DNA from: a virus
Taxonomy: Duplodnaviria > Caudoviricetes
Strand: one strand, 5' to 3'
Length of the DNA: 61,560 nucleotides
IMG/VR virus record: IMGVR_UViG_3300009183_000101
Location: 1 to 61,560 of that record
Of this stretch, positions 48,290-57,973 are shown piece by piece. Within the stretch, counting starts at the first letter, position 1, and each line of letters opens with the position of its first letter. Both the position numbers and the translations under genes were made by a program. The notes below the pieces were generated by a model. The model saw only the letters and a list, made by a program, of their open reading frames with translations. It ran no database searches and was not told where the DNA came from.

Positions 48290-49225
48290 TTATTTTTTAT
48301 TTTTTTCTAATTCGACCATTTCAATTATCATTTCATCAAAATGCTTTTTAGGACACCATTTAATACTTTGCAAAGCCTTTGAATAATCGCCTATTAAGTT
48401 ATCTCTTTCATCTTCACGAACTAATTCAGACTCAATTACAACATAATCTTGCCACTTCAATCCTTGACTTGAAAATGAAATTTCTAAAATATCAAGAACT
48501 GAATGAGTTTTAGCCGTTGCAAATATAAGTTCTTGAGGTTCTCCTTGCATCATTTCATAAAAACCTTCTACAAAGTCGGGTGCATATCCCCAATCTCTTT
48601 TACTATGAATATTGCCTAATTTTAATTTACCTACTCTTTTGTGATTTACAATTTCAGCAACAAACTTTGTAATTTTTTTCGTTACAAATTGCTCACCTCT
48701 TAAATTACATTCGTGATTAAAAGATATTGCATTATAAACAGGGTATCCTTGCTCTCTCATATATCTTAACATCATATCTACAAGATTTTTAGCGTGAGCA
48801 TACGGAGTATGTGGATTTCTTGATGAATTTTCATTTAGCGTTAAATTTTTAATTTTGCCAAAAACCTCACTACTACTCGATTGAAAGAACTTACACTTTT
48901 TGTATTCCACCCAAGCCAATAAACGCATAACGCTTCTATAATTTACGTCCATAGTATAACTCGGCATACGAATAGAGTCGGGGCTAAAAGAAACACCACC
49001 AAAATTGTAGACCTCATCAATACTCTCGTGAACGTGAATGGATAAAAGAGAAAACACTAAATTATCATCAGATAAATCAAAAAAGAACCAATTTAAATTT
49101 TCTTGCTCTTTTAAATTTGTTTTGCTATAAAATGTAGCGTAAACAAAATATCCTTTGGAAAGCAACAAGTCCACCATAAGTGAACCATCCATTCCTGTCG
49201 CTCCAATAACCAATGCTTTTTTCAT
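48290..49225 (-). CDS. gmd: GDP-mannose 4,6-dehydratase
   Basis: GATGMDGS, SSSEVFG, PYAHAK, FNHE..RG..FVT.KI, RDWGYA.D. Confidence 0.9.
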   Translation of the reverse strand: MKKALVIGATGMDGSLMVDLLLSKGYFVYATFYSKTNLKEQENLNWFFFDLSDDNLVFSLLSIHVHESIDEVYNFGGVSFSPDSIRMPSYTMDVNYRSVMRLLAWVEYKKCKFFQSSSSEVFGKIKNLTLNENSSRNPHTPYAHAKNLVDMMLRYMREQGYPVYNAISFNHECNLRGEQFVTKKITKFVAEIVNHKRVGKLKLGNIHSKRDWGYAPDFVEGFYEMMQGEPQELIFATAKTHSVLDILEISFSSQGLKWQDYVVIESELVREDERDNLIGDYSKALQSIKWCPKKHFDEMIIEMVELEKNKK

Positions 49226-50520
49226 AATGCTTTTAATTGTATTTGAGAGTTTTTATATGTTTTTTCGGCATTTTCTATTCTTGCATTTGCAATATTAAAA
49301 TATTCTTCATCTAATTCCATACCTATAAATGAAAACCCCTCTAAAATAGCACCTTTGCCTGTAGAACCACTCCCCATATAAGGGTCTAAAACAATACCGT
49401 TTTTAGGGGTTACAAGTCTGCATAAATAACGCATTAAATCAGTTGGTTTTACTGTAGGATGGAAATTAGCCCTAATAGTTTGTCTTTCATTACCACTTCC
49501 CGTTAACATATTTGAGTTTAATGTAGCATTCATTGAACCACTTCTTTTTTTATCAAACACTTCCAATCCTTCATCTCTATCTTTTTTACTTGCTTTTGCA
49601 CAATAAAAAAACCTTGATGCACCACCTTTATCCCCTTTATGATTTACGTTTCTAAATATTGGCATTGACCCACTATAACTATTCGTGTTTTTTTGATTAT
49701 AAGGTTTTATGTCACCCGATTTACTAATACCACTCTGTTCATCTAATATTTGACCTGCTTCTTCATCTAAAATTACATTTGCAGGAAAACGACCATCTGC
49801 AATTCCCCTTCTATCCAAAGGTTTAACATTTTCACTACCTTTATTCCATATTCCACCTTTACTAACATTATTAATAAAGGGTTGTGTTTTATTATCTCTT
49901 CCTAATTCTTCTTTACTTTCTATTATACACCCATCAATATTTATTCCCCCCGTTCCCCATTTTAAAACATTTTCGGCAACTGATTTTTCACTTAATGGTT
50001 TTCTTGCTACGCATATAGGTTCGTTTGCAGGTTTAAGACCAGTTCCCCAACCTTCCCAATCACTTACCCCTTTTGTAATTCTAAAATCTTTACCTCTTAT
50101 TCCTGCTTTATAAACATCATTTTTAGGAATATTTAATCTTTCATTAGGACTTGCCCCTAAATCATTTCTTTCATTGCCTTGCATTTTATCAATAGCCTTT
50201 CCAATATTTAAACTTTTAGGGAATCCACTACCATATAACCACATAATTTGGTCACGAATTTCAAATCCTGCATCTTCAATATTTACAACCATTCGGTGAT
50301 ATGTTCTTGTCCCACCAAAAGATAAAATGTGTCCACCATGCTTCAATACACGATAACATTCCTTCCATAACTCTACACTTGGAACATCGTAATCCCATTT
50401 TTTATTCATAAAAGATAATCCATAAGGAGGGTCGGTTACAATTGAATCTACTGAATTATCTTCAAGAGTTTTTAATAAATCTAAATTGTTGCCAAGTAAT
50501 ATTGTTTTCATGTTGTCCAT
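49222..50520 (-). CDS. DNA methyltransferase (beta class, N6A/N4C)
   Basis: TDPPY ... HPTVKP ... DPYMGSGSTG. Confidence 0.9.
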   Translation of the reverse strand: MDNMKTILLGNNLDLLKTLEDNSVDSIVTDPPYGLSFMNKKWDYDVPSVELWKECYRVLKHGGHILSFGGTRTYHRMVVNIEDAGFEIRDQIMWLYGSGFPKSLNIGKAIDKMQGNERNDLGASPNERLNIPKNDVYKAGIRGKDFRITKGVSDWEGWGTGLKPANEPICVARKPLSEKSVAENVLKWGTGGINIDGCIIESKEELGRDNKTQPFINNVSKGGIWNKGSENVKPLDRRGIADGRFPANVILDEEAGQILDEQSGISKSGDIKPYNQKNTNSYSGSMPIFRNVNHKGDKGGASRFFYCAKASKKDRDEGLEVFDKKRSGSMNATLNSNMLTGSGNERQTIRANFHPTVKPTDLMRYLCRLVTPKNGIVLDPYMGSGSTGKGAILEGFSFIGMELDEEYFNIANARIENAEKTYKNSQIQLKAL

Positions 50521-50529
50521 ATTCCAATT

Positions 50530-50991
50530 TTAAAGAAGCAAAATCATTGCAAGTGCACCAACTATACCCCCAAACCAAAAAGTCTTGTAAAATGGCTTCT
50601 TTGTATCAATGGTAACATTTTTTACCGAAGTAATATCCGTGTAAGGGTTATCGGATTTAATTTCTACGATTGGTGTAGGTTTTTTAAATAATCCATTACT
50701 TTTTTCGCCAACTGAAATAGTAAAGTTATTTATCATATACATCGTATCTATTGTAATATCTAAAGGGTCAATTGTAACTTCTAATTTGCTCCAAGAATCT
50801 TGATGTACAAATGTATATGGCAACTTCATCCACTCGAAGGTATCCAAGGTATTTGAATCAACGTATTTAACAGTTTCAAAATAAACAGGTACTTTCTTTT
50901 CTACAATAGTAGTTTTCGTACCCATTTGAGTTTGTTGGGAAACTTTGGAAACGTTTTTGGTTTCTTTAAGTACTTTCATCGCCTCTTTCAT
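50530..50991 (-). CDS. C-terminal-TM protein; possibly the 3' part of a frameshifted gene
   Basis: Reading frame stays open upstream as TQNQQILS-M. Confidence 0.6.
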   Translation of the reverse strand: MKEAMKVLKETKNVSKVSQQTQMGTKTTIVEKKVPVYFETVKYVDSNTLDTFEWMKLPYTFVHQDSWSKLEVTIDPLDITIDTMYMINNFTISVGEKSNGLFKKPTPIVEIKSDNPYTDITSVKNVTIDTKKPFYKTFWFGGIVGALAMILLL

Positions 50992-51164
50992 AGAAAGTAT
51001 TTGTTGATTTTGTGTACAATTAAAGAACCATTTTTATCTCGTTCTTTAGTAATTGCATTTAAGTCACTTTCAACTTTGTCAAAGTTGTTACTAATAGCAT
51101 TTAACAACCATAACAAAACGGCTATAACTAAAATGCTAAAAAATTTATATAATTTGTTTTTCAT
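50988..51164 (-). CDS. 58-aa N-terminal-TM protein; possibly the 5' part of the same gene (not in ORF track)
   Basis: MKNKLYKFFSILVIAVLLWLL...RDKNGSLIV. Confidence 0.6.
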   Translation of the reverse strand: MKNKLYKFFSILVIAVLLWLLNAISNNFDKVESDLNAITKERDKNGSLIVHKINKYFL

Positions 51165-51165
51165 A

Positions 51166-51840
51166 TTAATCTATTTTAATTCTTCCAATACTACCATACT
51201 TATAAAACTGCTCTTCTATTTCGGGTAAAAGATAATGTTTCCTCAACGTAGGTGCTCCGTGACCTACTTTAGAACCGATTTTACGCAATGCTTCATTAAA
51301 AACTTTTGCTCTTTTTTTCTCTTCAGTCTTACCAATTCGATTCAATTCCATAACCATTAACCTATTTGCATTATATCCTCTTATATCCTTGCTTTTAGCG
51401 TTAAAATTAGAAAGATACCTATTTACTCTATCGGGCTTTATTCTAAATCCTTCTTTTGTTGTAAACACATAATCGTTTCTCCTTGCAAGTAAATCTTTAA
51501 TTATTGAGGCACTAATTGAGTCTACGAAAGACTTTTCGTGTTCTACACCACTCTTGCCAACATAGTCAAGCACCACTCTATTATCGTCTACTTTGATATG
51601 TTTGTTTTTAAATTGAGTAACTCCAAAGTGACCATTTATTGCACTCTCTCCATTCCCTACTCTCTCACTTGTAAATAACATAATACGAATAACAAGAGCC
51701 GTTAATTTATCTTTTTCATTAACCGAAAATAAATCATGCCTCACATATCTTTTTAATCTTTCAATGTTATTTCTTAAATTATATACAGAATCTCTTTTTG
51801 AGTCCCATCTCTGTTTAATTTCCTTTTCTCTTGGTATCAT
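51166..51840 (-). CDS. DNA topoisomerase IB catalytic domain
   Basis: RVGN, GKSG, KDIR, GH, KHY catalytic residues in order. Confidence 0.8.
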   Translation of the reverse strand: MIPREKEIKQRWDSKRDSVYNLRNNIERLKRYVRHDLFSVNEKDKLTALVIRIMLFTSERVGNGESAINGHFGVTQFKNKHIKVDDNRVVLDYVGKSGVEHEKSFVDSISASIIKDLLARRNDYVFTTKEGFRIKPDRVNRYLSNFNAKSKDIRGYNANRLMVMELNRIGKTEEKKRAKVFNEALRKIGSKVGHGAPTLRKHYLLPEIEEQFYKYGSIGRIKID

Positions 51841-52103
51841 AAATCATTTAATTTAGATTGTTTTGTATTCATATATATTGAACGAATATCAATCTCAAAA
51901 AAATTTTTATTCGTTTTATTTAAACAAGCACAAACTTTTGTTGCTTCTTCAAGATTAAATAATTGTGCCCCACCTTGGAACTCACATTGATACCATAAAT
52001 TACTATCTATTTCTACATCACTTAAATAAGTGTATTTGTGGTCTTTTTCTTCCCAAGGAGACCTTGTGTTAACTTTAATCAAAAAAATCTTCGGTGTAAA
52101 CAT
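51837..52103 (-). CDS. hypothetical protein
   Basis: ORF after promoter at about 52137. Confidence 0.65.
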   Translation of the reverse strand: MFTPKIFLIKVNTRSPWEEKDHKYTYLSDVEIDSNLWYQCEFQGGAQLFNLEEATKVCACLNKTNKNFFEIDIRSIYMNTKQSKLNDL

Positions 52104-52192
52104 ATCTAAATTTAACTTTAAAAGTTGCTAACCCAACAAATATAAAATTATATTGAGTGTGTGAAGTTTCGTAATAATATGAAAAGATTTTT

Positions 52193-52867
52193 TTAGCCAT
52201 TAAAAATCACATCATATCCCTCATTTCCATTAAAAGGTATTGTAAAAGTTTCTTGCATCGGCATTCCACCCCATTTGTCAATATATCTTTTTTGATTTAA
52301 AGGAAAATGTGCATTAAGAGAAGGGTCTTTTTCAATAGTTGAACTATTTCTGTAAACTTCGGGATTAAAGAAAGGGTCTGCTAAGACTTTTAAACCTAAA
52401 AGGTTCATTCTGTATGCATAATCATTGTCCTCATAATACGACCTAAAAAATCCTTCATCAAATTTACCAACCAAATCAAATGTTTTAATTGGCATTATAA
52501 AACAACACCAAGTTCCTGTTCCTTGATAAAAATCAGCAGGATGTGATTGAATAAACTCTTCTATCTCATCTGCATTTCGCTTCCAAATAATATCATCGTT
52601 CAATAAAGCAACATGAGAATACCCTTTGTTTTTTAAAGTAGTCATTAATAAATTCCAAGAACCACTAACTCCTAAATTTTTCGGCATAATCATTACTCTT
52701 TGATTAGATGATTTTGTTTGAATAGATTGATTGCCATTATCAACTATATTTACATTTCTACCATACCAAGTGTCCTTGTAAACTTCAAGTGCTTCTTGTA
52801 ATAAATCATTTCTGTTAATTGTGGGAATACCCAATGCAATTGTTACTACGTTGTCCAAGTTTGTCAT
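52193..52867 (-). CDS. GT2-family glycosyltransferase
   Basis: IPT.NR, IVDNG, N.GVS.SWN, LNDD, G.FDE.F..YYED.D. Confidence 0.9.
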   Translation of the reverse strand: MTNLDNVVTIALGIPTINRNDLLQEALEVYKDTWYGRNVNIVDNGNQSIQTKSSNQRVMIMPKNLGVSGSWNLLMTTLKNKGYSHVALLNDDIIWKRNADEIEEFIQSHPADFYQGTGTWCCFIMPIKTFDLVGKFDEGFFRSYYEDNDYAYRMNLLGLKVLADPFFNPEVYRNSSTIEKDPSLNAHFPLNQKRYIDKWGGMPMQETFTIPFNGNEGYDVIFNG

Positions 52868-52921
52868 AACATTTAATTATTTTCAAAAATAAGAATTTTA
52901 TTCAAATTTATGCAATTTATA

Positions 52922-54220
52922 TCAAAAAAGTTTTTGTTGTGTTAATAGTGGCTCTAACCTTTTATTTGCTATTTTTATATATGGAACACTCATTTCGCTA
53001 CCTATAAATAATCTATTTGACCTCAAACAACATTCAGCCGTGCTACCCGTACCCATAAATGGGTCATATATTATACCACCTTCGGGGCAACCTGCTAAAA
53101 TTGGTTTTCTAATTAATGCATCGTTGTATGATGCGTAGTGTTCATTGGATGATGGCTTGGTTGGTATATCCCAAAAATCAGAAATTGTCCCAGGATTTTT
53201 GCCATTTTCGGCATTTTTATTTATATCATCGGTTTCAATAATTATATCAGTCATTTGTAAATTAATAGTTTCAAATTCTTCATCCCAACTATCAACAAAG
53301 TCAACAATCATGTTCCAATGTTCAATTGTAGGATAGGAAAAACCTTTTTCATCATTACGATACCAATGTTCAATAGTCGTTTTGGGAATATCTACACTTT
53401 CTAATAATACACTCATTTTAATTCTTCTCCTTATAAAATCAACAAATTCAACTTGAGATGGTAAATTATTTCTTTTTTCAACTACATTTTCACCACGATT
53501 TTGGTGCATTCCTTGTCTATGTTCTTTTTCAATATCAATAGTTTGGTATTTACTTTGTGGTATTAAATGCTTTTTATATCCTTCATTATGCCCCATATAT
53601 TGTCTATCTATACCATCTTTATTACCTACAAATTTGTATTTGTATCTTTCTATAGTTCCACTTTTAATTGAATCCCTTATTGCATCTAAATCAAAATAAT
53701 ACTTTTGTGACTTTACCATAAAGAAAAAATACTCGTGTTTCTTTGTAAATCTGTCGGTGGTTGAATCGGGCATACCATTGCGTTTTGCCCAAATAACATC
53801 GTTTCGCATAATCCAACCCCTATCAATGCATCCAATTGCAAATCTATGTGGAATTAATATTAAACACTTATTAGGGAATCCTTTTTGTCCACCTCTACCT
53901 GCTTTTGTATTAGAGTTAACAATTTCAGATGCACCAAATTTGTTTTTTTTATCACCTGCCCATCCACTATTATTATATGTATCCCCAAGATTTATCCAAC
54001 AAGTTCCCGTAGGTTTTAATACACGATAAATTTCATCCATCATTTCCCAAAGATGTTCAAGATATTCTTGAAATGTAGGTTCTAATCCCCATTGCCCATC
54101 ATAACCGTAATCTCTCAATTGCCAATATGGAGGAGAAGTAATTACACAATCTAAATAATCATTTGGCATACGTTTTAATGTTTCCAAACAAGGTTCGTTA
54201 TAAATATGATTTGTTTCCAT
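52922..54220 (-). CDS. DNA methyltransferase (SPPY, likely N4-cytosine)
   Basis: TSPPYW ... DPFMGTGST. Confidence 0.9.
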   Translation of the reverse strand: METNHIYNEPCLETLKRMPNDYLDCVITSPPYWQLRDYGYDGQWGLEPTFQEYLEHLWEMMDEIYRVLKPTGTCWINLGDTYNNSGWAGDKKNKFGASEIVNSNTKAGRGGQKGFPNKCLILIPHRFAIGCIDRGWIMRNDVIWAKRNGMPDSTTDRFTKKHEYFFFMVKSQKYYFDLDAIRDSIKSGTIERYKYKFVGNKDGIDRQYMGHNEGYKKHLIPQSKYQTIDIEKEHRQGMHQNRGENVVEKRNNLPSQVEFVDFIRRRIKMSVLLESVDIPKTTIEHWYRNDEKGFSYPTIEHWNMIVDFVDSWDEEFETINLQMTDIIIETDDINKNAENGKNPGTISDFWDIPTKPSSNEHYASYNDALIRKPILAGCPEGGIIYDPFMGTGSTAECCLRSNRLFIGSEMSVPYIKIANKRLEPLLTQQKLF

Positions 54221-54238
54221 TTTTTTATCGTTCTTAAT

Positions 54239-54270
54239 ACAAATGTAATATTATTTTTCAAAATAACAAG
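54239..54270 (-). promoter_or_regulatory. conserved extended promoter for the MTase
   Basis: Near-identical to 1-32. Confidence 0.75.
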
Positions 54271-54303
54271 GCAATTAAAAAAACATTCCAATACCCTAAT
54301 ATT

Positions 54304-54561
54304 TCATAAAATATAATTACTTATAAACAATCCCGAAATACTCCCCAATGAAGCACCACAAGAATATATTATTTTATCCCATTCAGTTCCAAGAGCAACT
54401 TTCTTTACGTTGTGTGACCAAATATAACTTATTATAAAAGATGATATAAACACCATTGGTGGGTTATTTTTGGCTAAAAATATTGTATTTAAACAAATAA
54501 ATAATAATTGAACATAGGCTAATAAAAAGTTTTTCATTGCTCTACATTTATTCATTATCAC
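54304..54561 (-). CDS. small multi-TM protein
   Basis: three hydrophobic segments. Confidence 0.65.
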   Translation of the reverse strand: MIMNKCRAMKNFLLAYVQLLFICLNTIFLAKNNPPMVFISSFIISYIWSHNVKKVALGTEWDKIIYSCGASLGSISGLFISNYIL

Positions 54562-54841
54562 TTGAAGCGAATGGTCTATCTCGTAATTCTGCTTGAATCA
54601 AAATTATAGCCATCTCCCCATAAGTAAAGTTCAATGTTTTATCGCCTTGTTTTATTTTTACTTTATTTTCTATTATGTAATTTACAAATAGATTATATTT
54701 TACAAAATATTTAGAGAAGTCTTTAATTACATATCCTTTGTCATCTGTTTGCTTCAAAAATTTATTATCAATAGCATTTAACAATTCTTTTAAATCTTGA
54801 ATAGATAAAGTGTCGAGTGGGTTTATTGTTTTTGTTTTCAT
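54548..54841 (-). CDS. hypothetical protein
   Basis: probable ATG at 54841. Confidence 0.6.
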   Translation of the reverse strand: MKTKTINPLDTLSIQDLKELLNAIDNKFLKQTDDKGYVIKDFSKYFVKYNLFVNYIIENKVKIKQGDKTLNFTYGEMAIILIQAELRDRPFASSDNE

Positions 54842-54845
54842 ATTT

Positions 54846-55703
54846 TTATTGTAATAATATTTGTTTGTTATCAATGTTGCTTAACCAATCGGGTACGTTT
54901 TCTATTCCACGAAATATTTTCTTCATTACATAATAACGACCATACAATCTTCTAAATTTAGCAAATTCATTTTCTCTTTTTTCATGAGATAGTTTTGAGA
55001 ATACTTTTGCTTGAGTGCTCATTGCTTCTAATTTAATTCTATCGTCAGCCCATTGTTCTGCTTCTTCTAAATTAACTTTTGTGGGGTCTAAGTACCCAAT
55101 TCGTTTTAAAAACTCCCAAATAACGTTATTGTAGTCTCCTAAATAGGTATCATTATTCTTTACCCAATTACCATAATAGATAATTAATCGTTTTGTAGAT
55201 TCCAATCTTTCTTGAAAAGGTTTAATTTCTTTTGGGGCTTCCAATTGTTTATTGTATGATTCTTTTCTCCAAATAATTTCTTGCATCTTTTCATAATTGT
55301 AATCACAATAAGCATTCAGAATTTTAGCAATATATAAAGCACTAAAATTGCCATAACATTCAATATCTATTCCTAACTTGTTTTGTAAACTTAATTTAAT
55401 AGCCAATTGAATATCTTTAATTGTCAATTTTGGAAATAAGTCTTTTGTGATTTTTGTCAAAGCAAAAATATCTTTTTCTCCAATTTTTGAGGATAACCCC
55501 AAAGTATAAATCCATTGAACTAAAACATTCTTTAAGTTATCCATATCGGCATTGGTTGAAAAATGCTCAAGTGTTTTGCCAAAGTTGGCAAGGTAAATAT
55601 CTCTTTCATCTTGGGTTTTAACCCAAGCCCCAATCGACTGTTCTTGAGGATTCGTTAATTGCTGATTCGATTTGGCTAATTGGTTGTGATTGTGGTCTTT
55701 CAT
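54846..55703 (-). CDS. replication accessory protein (possible helicase loader)
   Basis: Follows the initiator gene; LT..DI..A....Y..FS..YI..IL.AY pattern. Confidence 0.45.
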   Translation of the reverse strand: MKDHNHNQLAKSNQQLTNPQEQSIGAWVKTQDERDIYLANFGKTLEHFSTNADMDNLKNVLVQWIYTLGLSSKIGEKDIFALTKITKDLFPKLTIKDIQLAIKLSLQNKLGIDIECYGNFSALYIAKILNAYCDYNYEKMQEIIWRKESYNKQLEAPKEIKPFQERLESTKRLIIYYGNWVKNNDTYLGDYNNVIWEFLKRIGYLDPTKVNLEEAEQWADDRIKLEAMSTQAKVFSKLSHEKRENEFAKFRRLYGRYYVMKKIFRGIENVPDWLSNIDNKQILLQ

Positions 55704-56211
55704 TTAGGTATGAATTAAATTTATTTCCGAATAATGTTTGTGGTCTAAGATAATCTTGCATTGAAGTGTTTAACCATTTTTGGCATTTTATATCAATAAC
55801 ATATTTGAAGTCATTAAAATTATATCCTTCTTTAATCCTTGCGTTAATACTATCTATCGTAGATTTAGAAGTTGCTGAAAACTTTTTATCTGCTCTATCG
55901 TTTAAATAATCAATAATCAATTTTACATTATCAATATTTGATGATTCTTGTTTAATGGCTTTTTTCTCTTGTTTAGCAAAACTAAATATATAACCATTTT
56001 TATTTGAGACAATACTAAAATTAACTTTGTTTTTAACTAAAAGTCTTGATAATTCATTAACTAATTTATAAGAATATTGTTTACTATTTCCGTGCACACT
56101 ACTAATATGAGATAGGCTCAATATCTCGCCTTCGTGTGCAAGGAACATAGTTAATACATTAAGATGATTTTGTTTTGGAATAAGTTTTTTCCAAACGTCC
56201 TTTGGTATCAT
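55618..56211 (-). CDS. phage replication initiator (wHTH plus conserved phage C-terminal domain)
   Basis: IIDYLN..I.AR..EGY..DF..VID.K...W..YLRPQTLFG.KF..YLN. Confidence 0.75.
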   Translation of the reverse strand: MIPKDVWKKLIPKQNHLNVLTMFLAHEGEILSLSHISSVHGNSKQYSYKLVNELSRLLVKNKVNFSIVSNKNGYIFSFAKQEKKAIKQESSNIDNVKLIIDYLNDRADKKFSATSKSTIDSINARIKEGYNFNDFKYVIDIKCQKWLNTSMQDYLRPQTLFGNKFNSYLNERPQSQPISQIESAINESSRTVDWGLG

Positions 56212-56441
56212 TCCAAAATGTCATCAATAGGAACACCCAAAGCATTTGCAATAGCACGAGCAGTATCAGTTTTATAGTTTCTGATTAAGCCCGAAGCAAT
56301 TTTCGACATTCGATATAATTCTATATTTACACCTGTTATATCTTTAACTCTTTTAATAAATTCCGTAAGGTTATATCCACGACTTAAAATCAAAGCATAT
56401 ACTTTCGTTTGTTTTTTTACTGAAATATCTTTTATTGTCAT
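56208..56441 (-). CDS. XRE-like HTH regulator
   Basis: MSKIASG....TA..IANALGV.IDDI. Confidence 0.7.
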   Translation of the reverse strand: MTIKDISVKKQTKVYALILSRGYNLTEFIKRVKDITGVNIELYRMSKIASGLIRNYKTDTARAIANALGVPIDDILE

Positions 56442-56833
56442 AATTTAAAATTTCTAAAAACATATCCCGACTTGCCATTTGGCATAATCAAAGTATCTAT
56501 TACCATACCTTTTTCTCTCAAACGGAAAATAAAAATACTTGCCTTTTTGCTACCCAATGAACGGAATACAATTTCGTCAGTCAAAACATCACCCCTAACC
56601 AACATCTCGTAAACCTTTGCCAATTTTGAAGATTTTAAAATATTTAATTCTTGTAATGTTGGATTTGGTAACGTTGGCTTTTCTACTTTAAGATAAATAG
56701 GTAAATTTTCAATTTCTTCATAGTTTTCTGCTTCTTGATTGAAAGTTTTCTTTGAAAAAATATATAGAGAAAGGAAAATTAAAAGCCCCAATATGCTCAA
56801 TGCAAATATTTGTAGGTTTAGAATAATCATCAT
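56438..56833 (-). CDS. N-terminal TM plus winged-HTH-like protein
   Basis: L.RG..LT......G....S..I..LR..G..I.T. Confidence 0.55.
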   Translation of the reverse strand: MMIILNLQIFALSILGLLIFLSLYIFSKKTFNQEAENYEEIENLPIYLKVEKPTLPNPTLQELNILKSSKLAKVYEMLVRGDVLTDEIVFRSLGSKKASIFIFRLREKGMVIDTLIMPNGKSGYVFRNFKL

Positions 56834-57006
56834 AATTGAAACCCTTTCTCACTTGCAGGTATTGCGTCATCTTCATAAGAAAATGGGACGTGCTCATCAT
56901 CAACTTGTACATCGTCTTGCGTGTCCTCAAACAAATCCATTTCCTCATTCATAGGACTTGGATAAATAGACAAATCGTCTTTTTTTAATTCGTGTGTGTT
57001 TTCCAT
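56830..57006 (-). CDS. 58-aa highly acidic protein (not in ORF track)
   Basis: 18 D/E versus 3 K; first gene after promoter 57013-57043; ATGA coupling. Confidence 0.7.
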   Translation of the reverse strand: MENTHELKKDDLSIYPSPMNEEMDLFEDTQDDVQVDDEHVPFSYEDDAIPASEKGFQL

Positions 57007-57012
57007 ATAGTT

Positions 57013-57043
57013 GCAAATATATAATTATTTTTGAAAATAACAA
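57013..57043 (-). promoter_or_regulatory. conserved extended promoter for the replication operon
   Basis: TTGTTATTTTCAAAAATAATTATATATTTGC. Confidence 0.75.
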
Positions 57044-57379
57044 TTAATCTCTAAAAAATATTTTATAGAAGTAATAATTGAAACAAGCACCAAGATACAA
57101 TGTGAATAATATTATAACGGAATGGTATCCAAAACTTGAATATTTTCCTTTAAATGTAAGATAGTATGGTAAAGGATGATAATAATAATATAAAATGCTT
57201 GTAACTATAGTTGTCCAAAATATAGTGGCGTAAACATTATATCTAAAATCTAAGTAGTCAAGGTCGTGGGGTTTTAAAAATATTTCATTTTCACGTTTAT
57301 AGTCAACACGAAATACTGATTGTAAAATATTTCCTGCCAAAAAAACTCCGAATAACGCATAAATAGTATCAATCATCAT
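57044..57379 (-). CDS. three-TM membrane protein
   Basis: hydrophobic segments; probable start MMIDT. Confidence 0.6.
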   Translation of the reverse strand: MMIDTIYALFGVFLAGNILQSVFRVDYKRENEIFLKPHDLDYLDFRYNVYATIFWTTIVTSILYYYYHPLPYYLTFKGKYSSFGYHSVIILFTLYLGACFNYYFYKIFFRD

Positions 57380-57536
57380 TTTTTTTAATTTTATATTTTC
57401 TAAAAATGGCATTTTCTCTTCTATCTAACATTATTGCCAAAGCACTAATTAATTTTTCTTTATCAATTGTTGGTTCGTTATCGAACTCTTCTTTCAAAGT
57501 CGCATCTTCAATGTGAAATTGAATTAATTCTTTCAT
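57369..57536 (-). CDS. 55-aa hypothetical protein (not in ORF track)
   Basis: MKELIQFHIEDATLKEEF...; ATGA overlap upstream. Confidence 0.6.
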   Translation of the reverse strand: MKELIQFHIEDATLKEEFDNEPTIDKEKLISALAIMLDRRENAIFRKYKIKKNDD

Positions 57537-57877
57537 TTCGTCCATTCTAATATAATTTTATTGTTTATTCTATCTAATTGCTCATTCCCTACGCATCCAT
57601 GATATGAACATAAACCACAAGGTTCACTACATAAAGTCGTTTTTGTTTTTGGTGTGACTTTAATAAGTTCATTTGCTAACTTTCCTAATTCTGCTGATGA
57701 CATACATCTATATCCTTGAATAAAAGTACCTCCATGAATGTATCTATCCTCTTCGCTAATTTTTACTAAAGCAAGTTCACTACCTTGGGCTACAACTTGT
57801 CTTTTGTCAAAGTCGTAAAGTTGATACACTTGTCCTTCGTGTGTACTCACTCTTCTGATTACATAGGTACTTTCCAT
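57533..57877 (-). CDS. hypothetical protein with Cys cluster
   Basis: C..PCGLC...GC. Confidence 0.65.
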   Translation of the reverse strand: MESTYVIRRVSTHEGQVYQLYDFDKRQVVAQGSELALVKISEEDRYIHGGTFIQGYRCMSSAELGKLANELIKVTPKTKTTLCSEPCGLCSYHGCVGNEQLDRINNKIILEWTK

Positions 57878-57973
57878 AATTGTAATGCAAACATAATAAA
57901 AATATTTTAAAAAAAGTTTTTATTTTCAAAAATAATATTATATTTGCAATGAATTCTATGTAAATAAGCAAAA

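Noticed and set aside
56718-56954. ORF-track calls 56718-56948 (-) and 56739-56954 (+)
   Set aside because: Wrong frames; 56830-57006 fits the promoter and ATGA coupling
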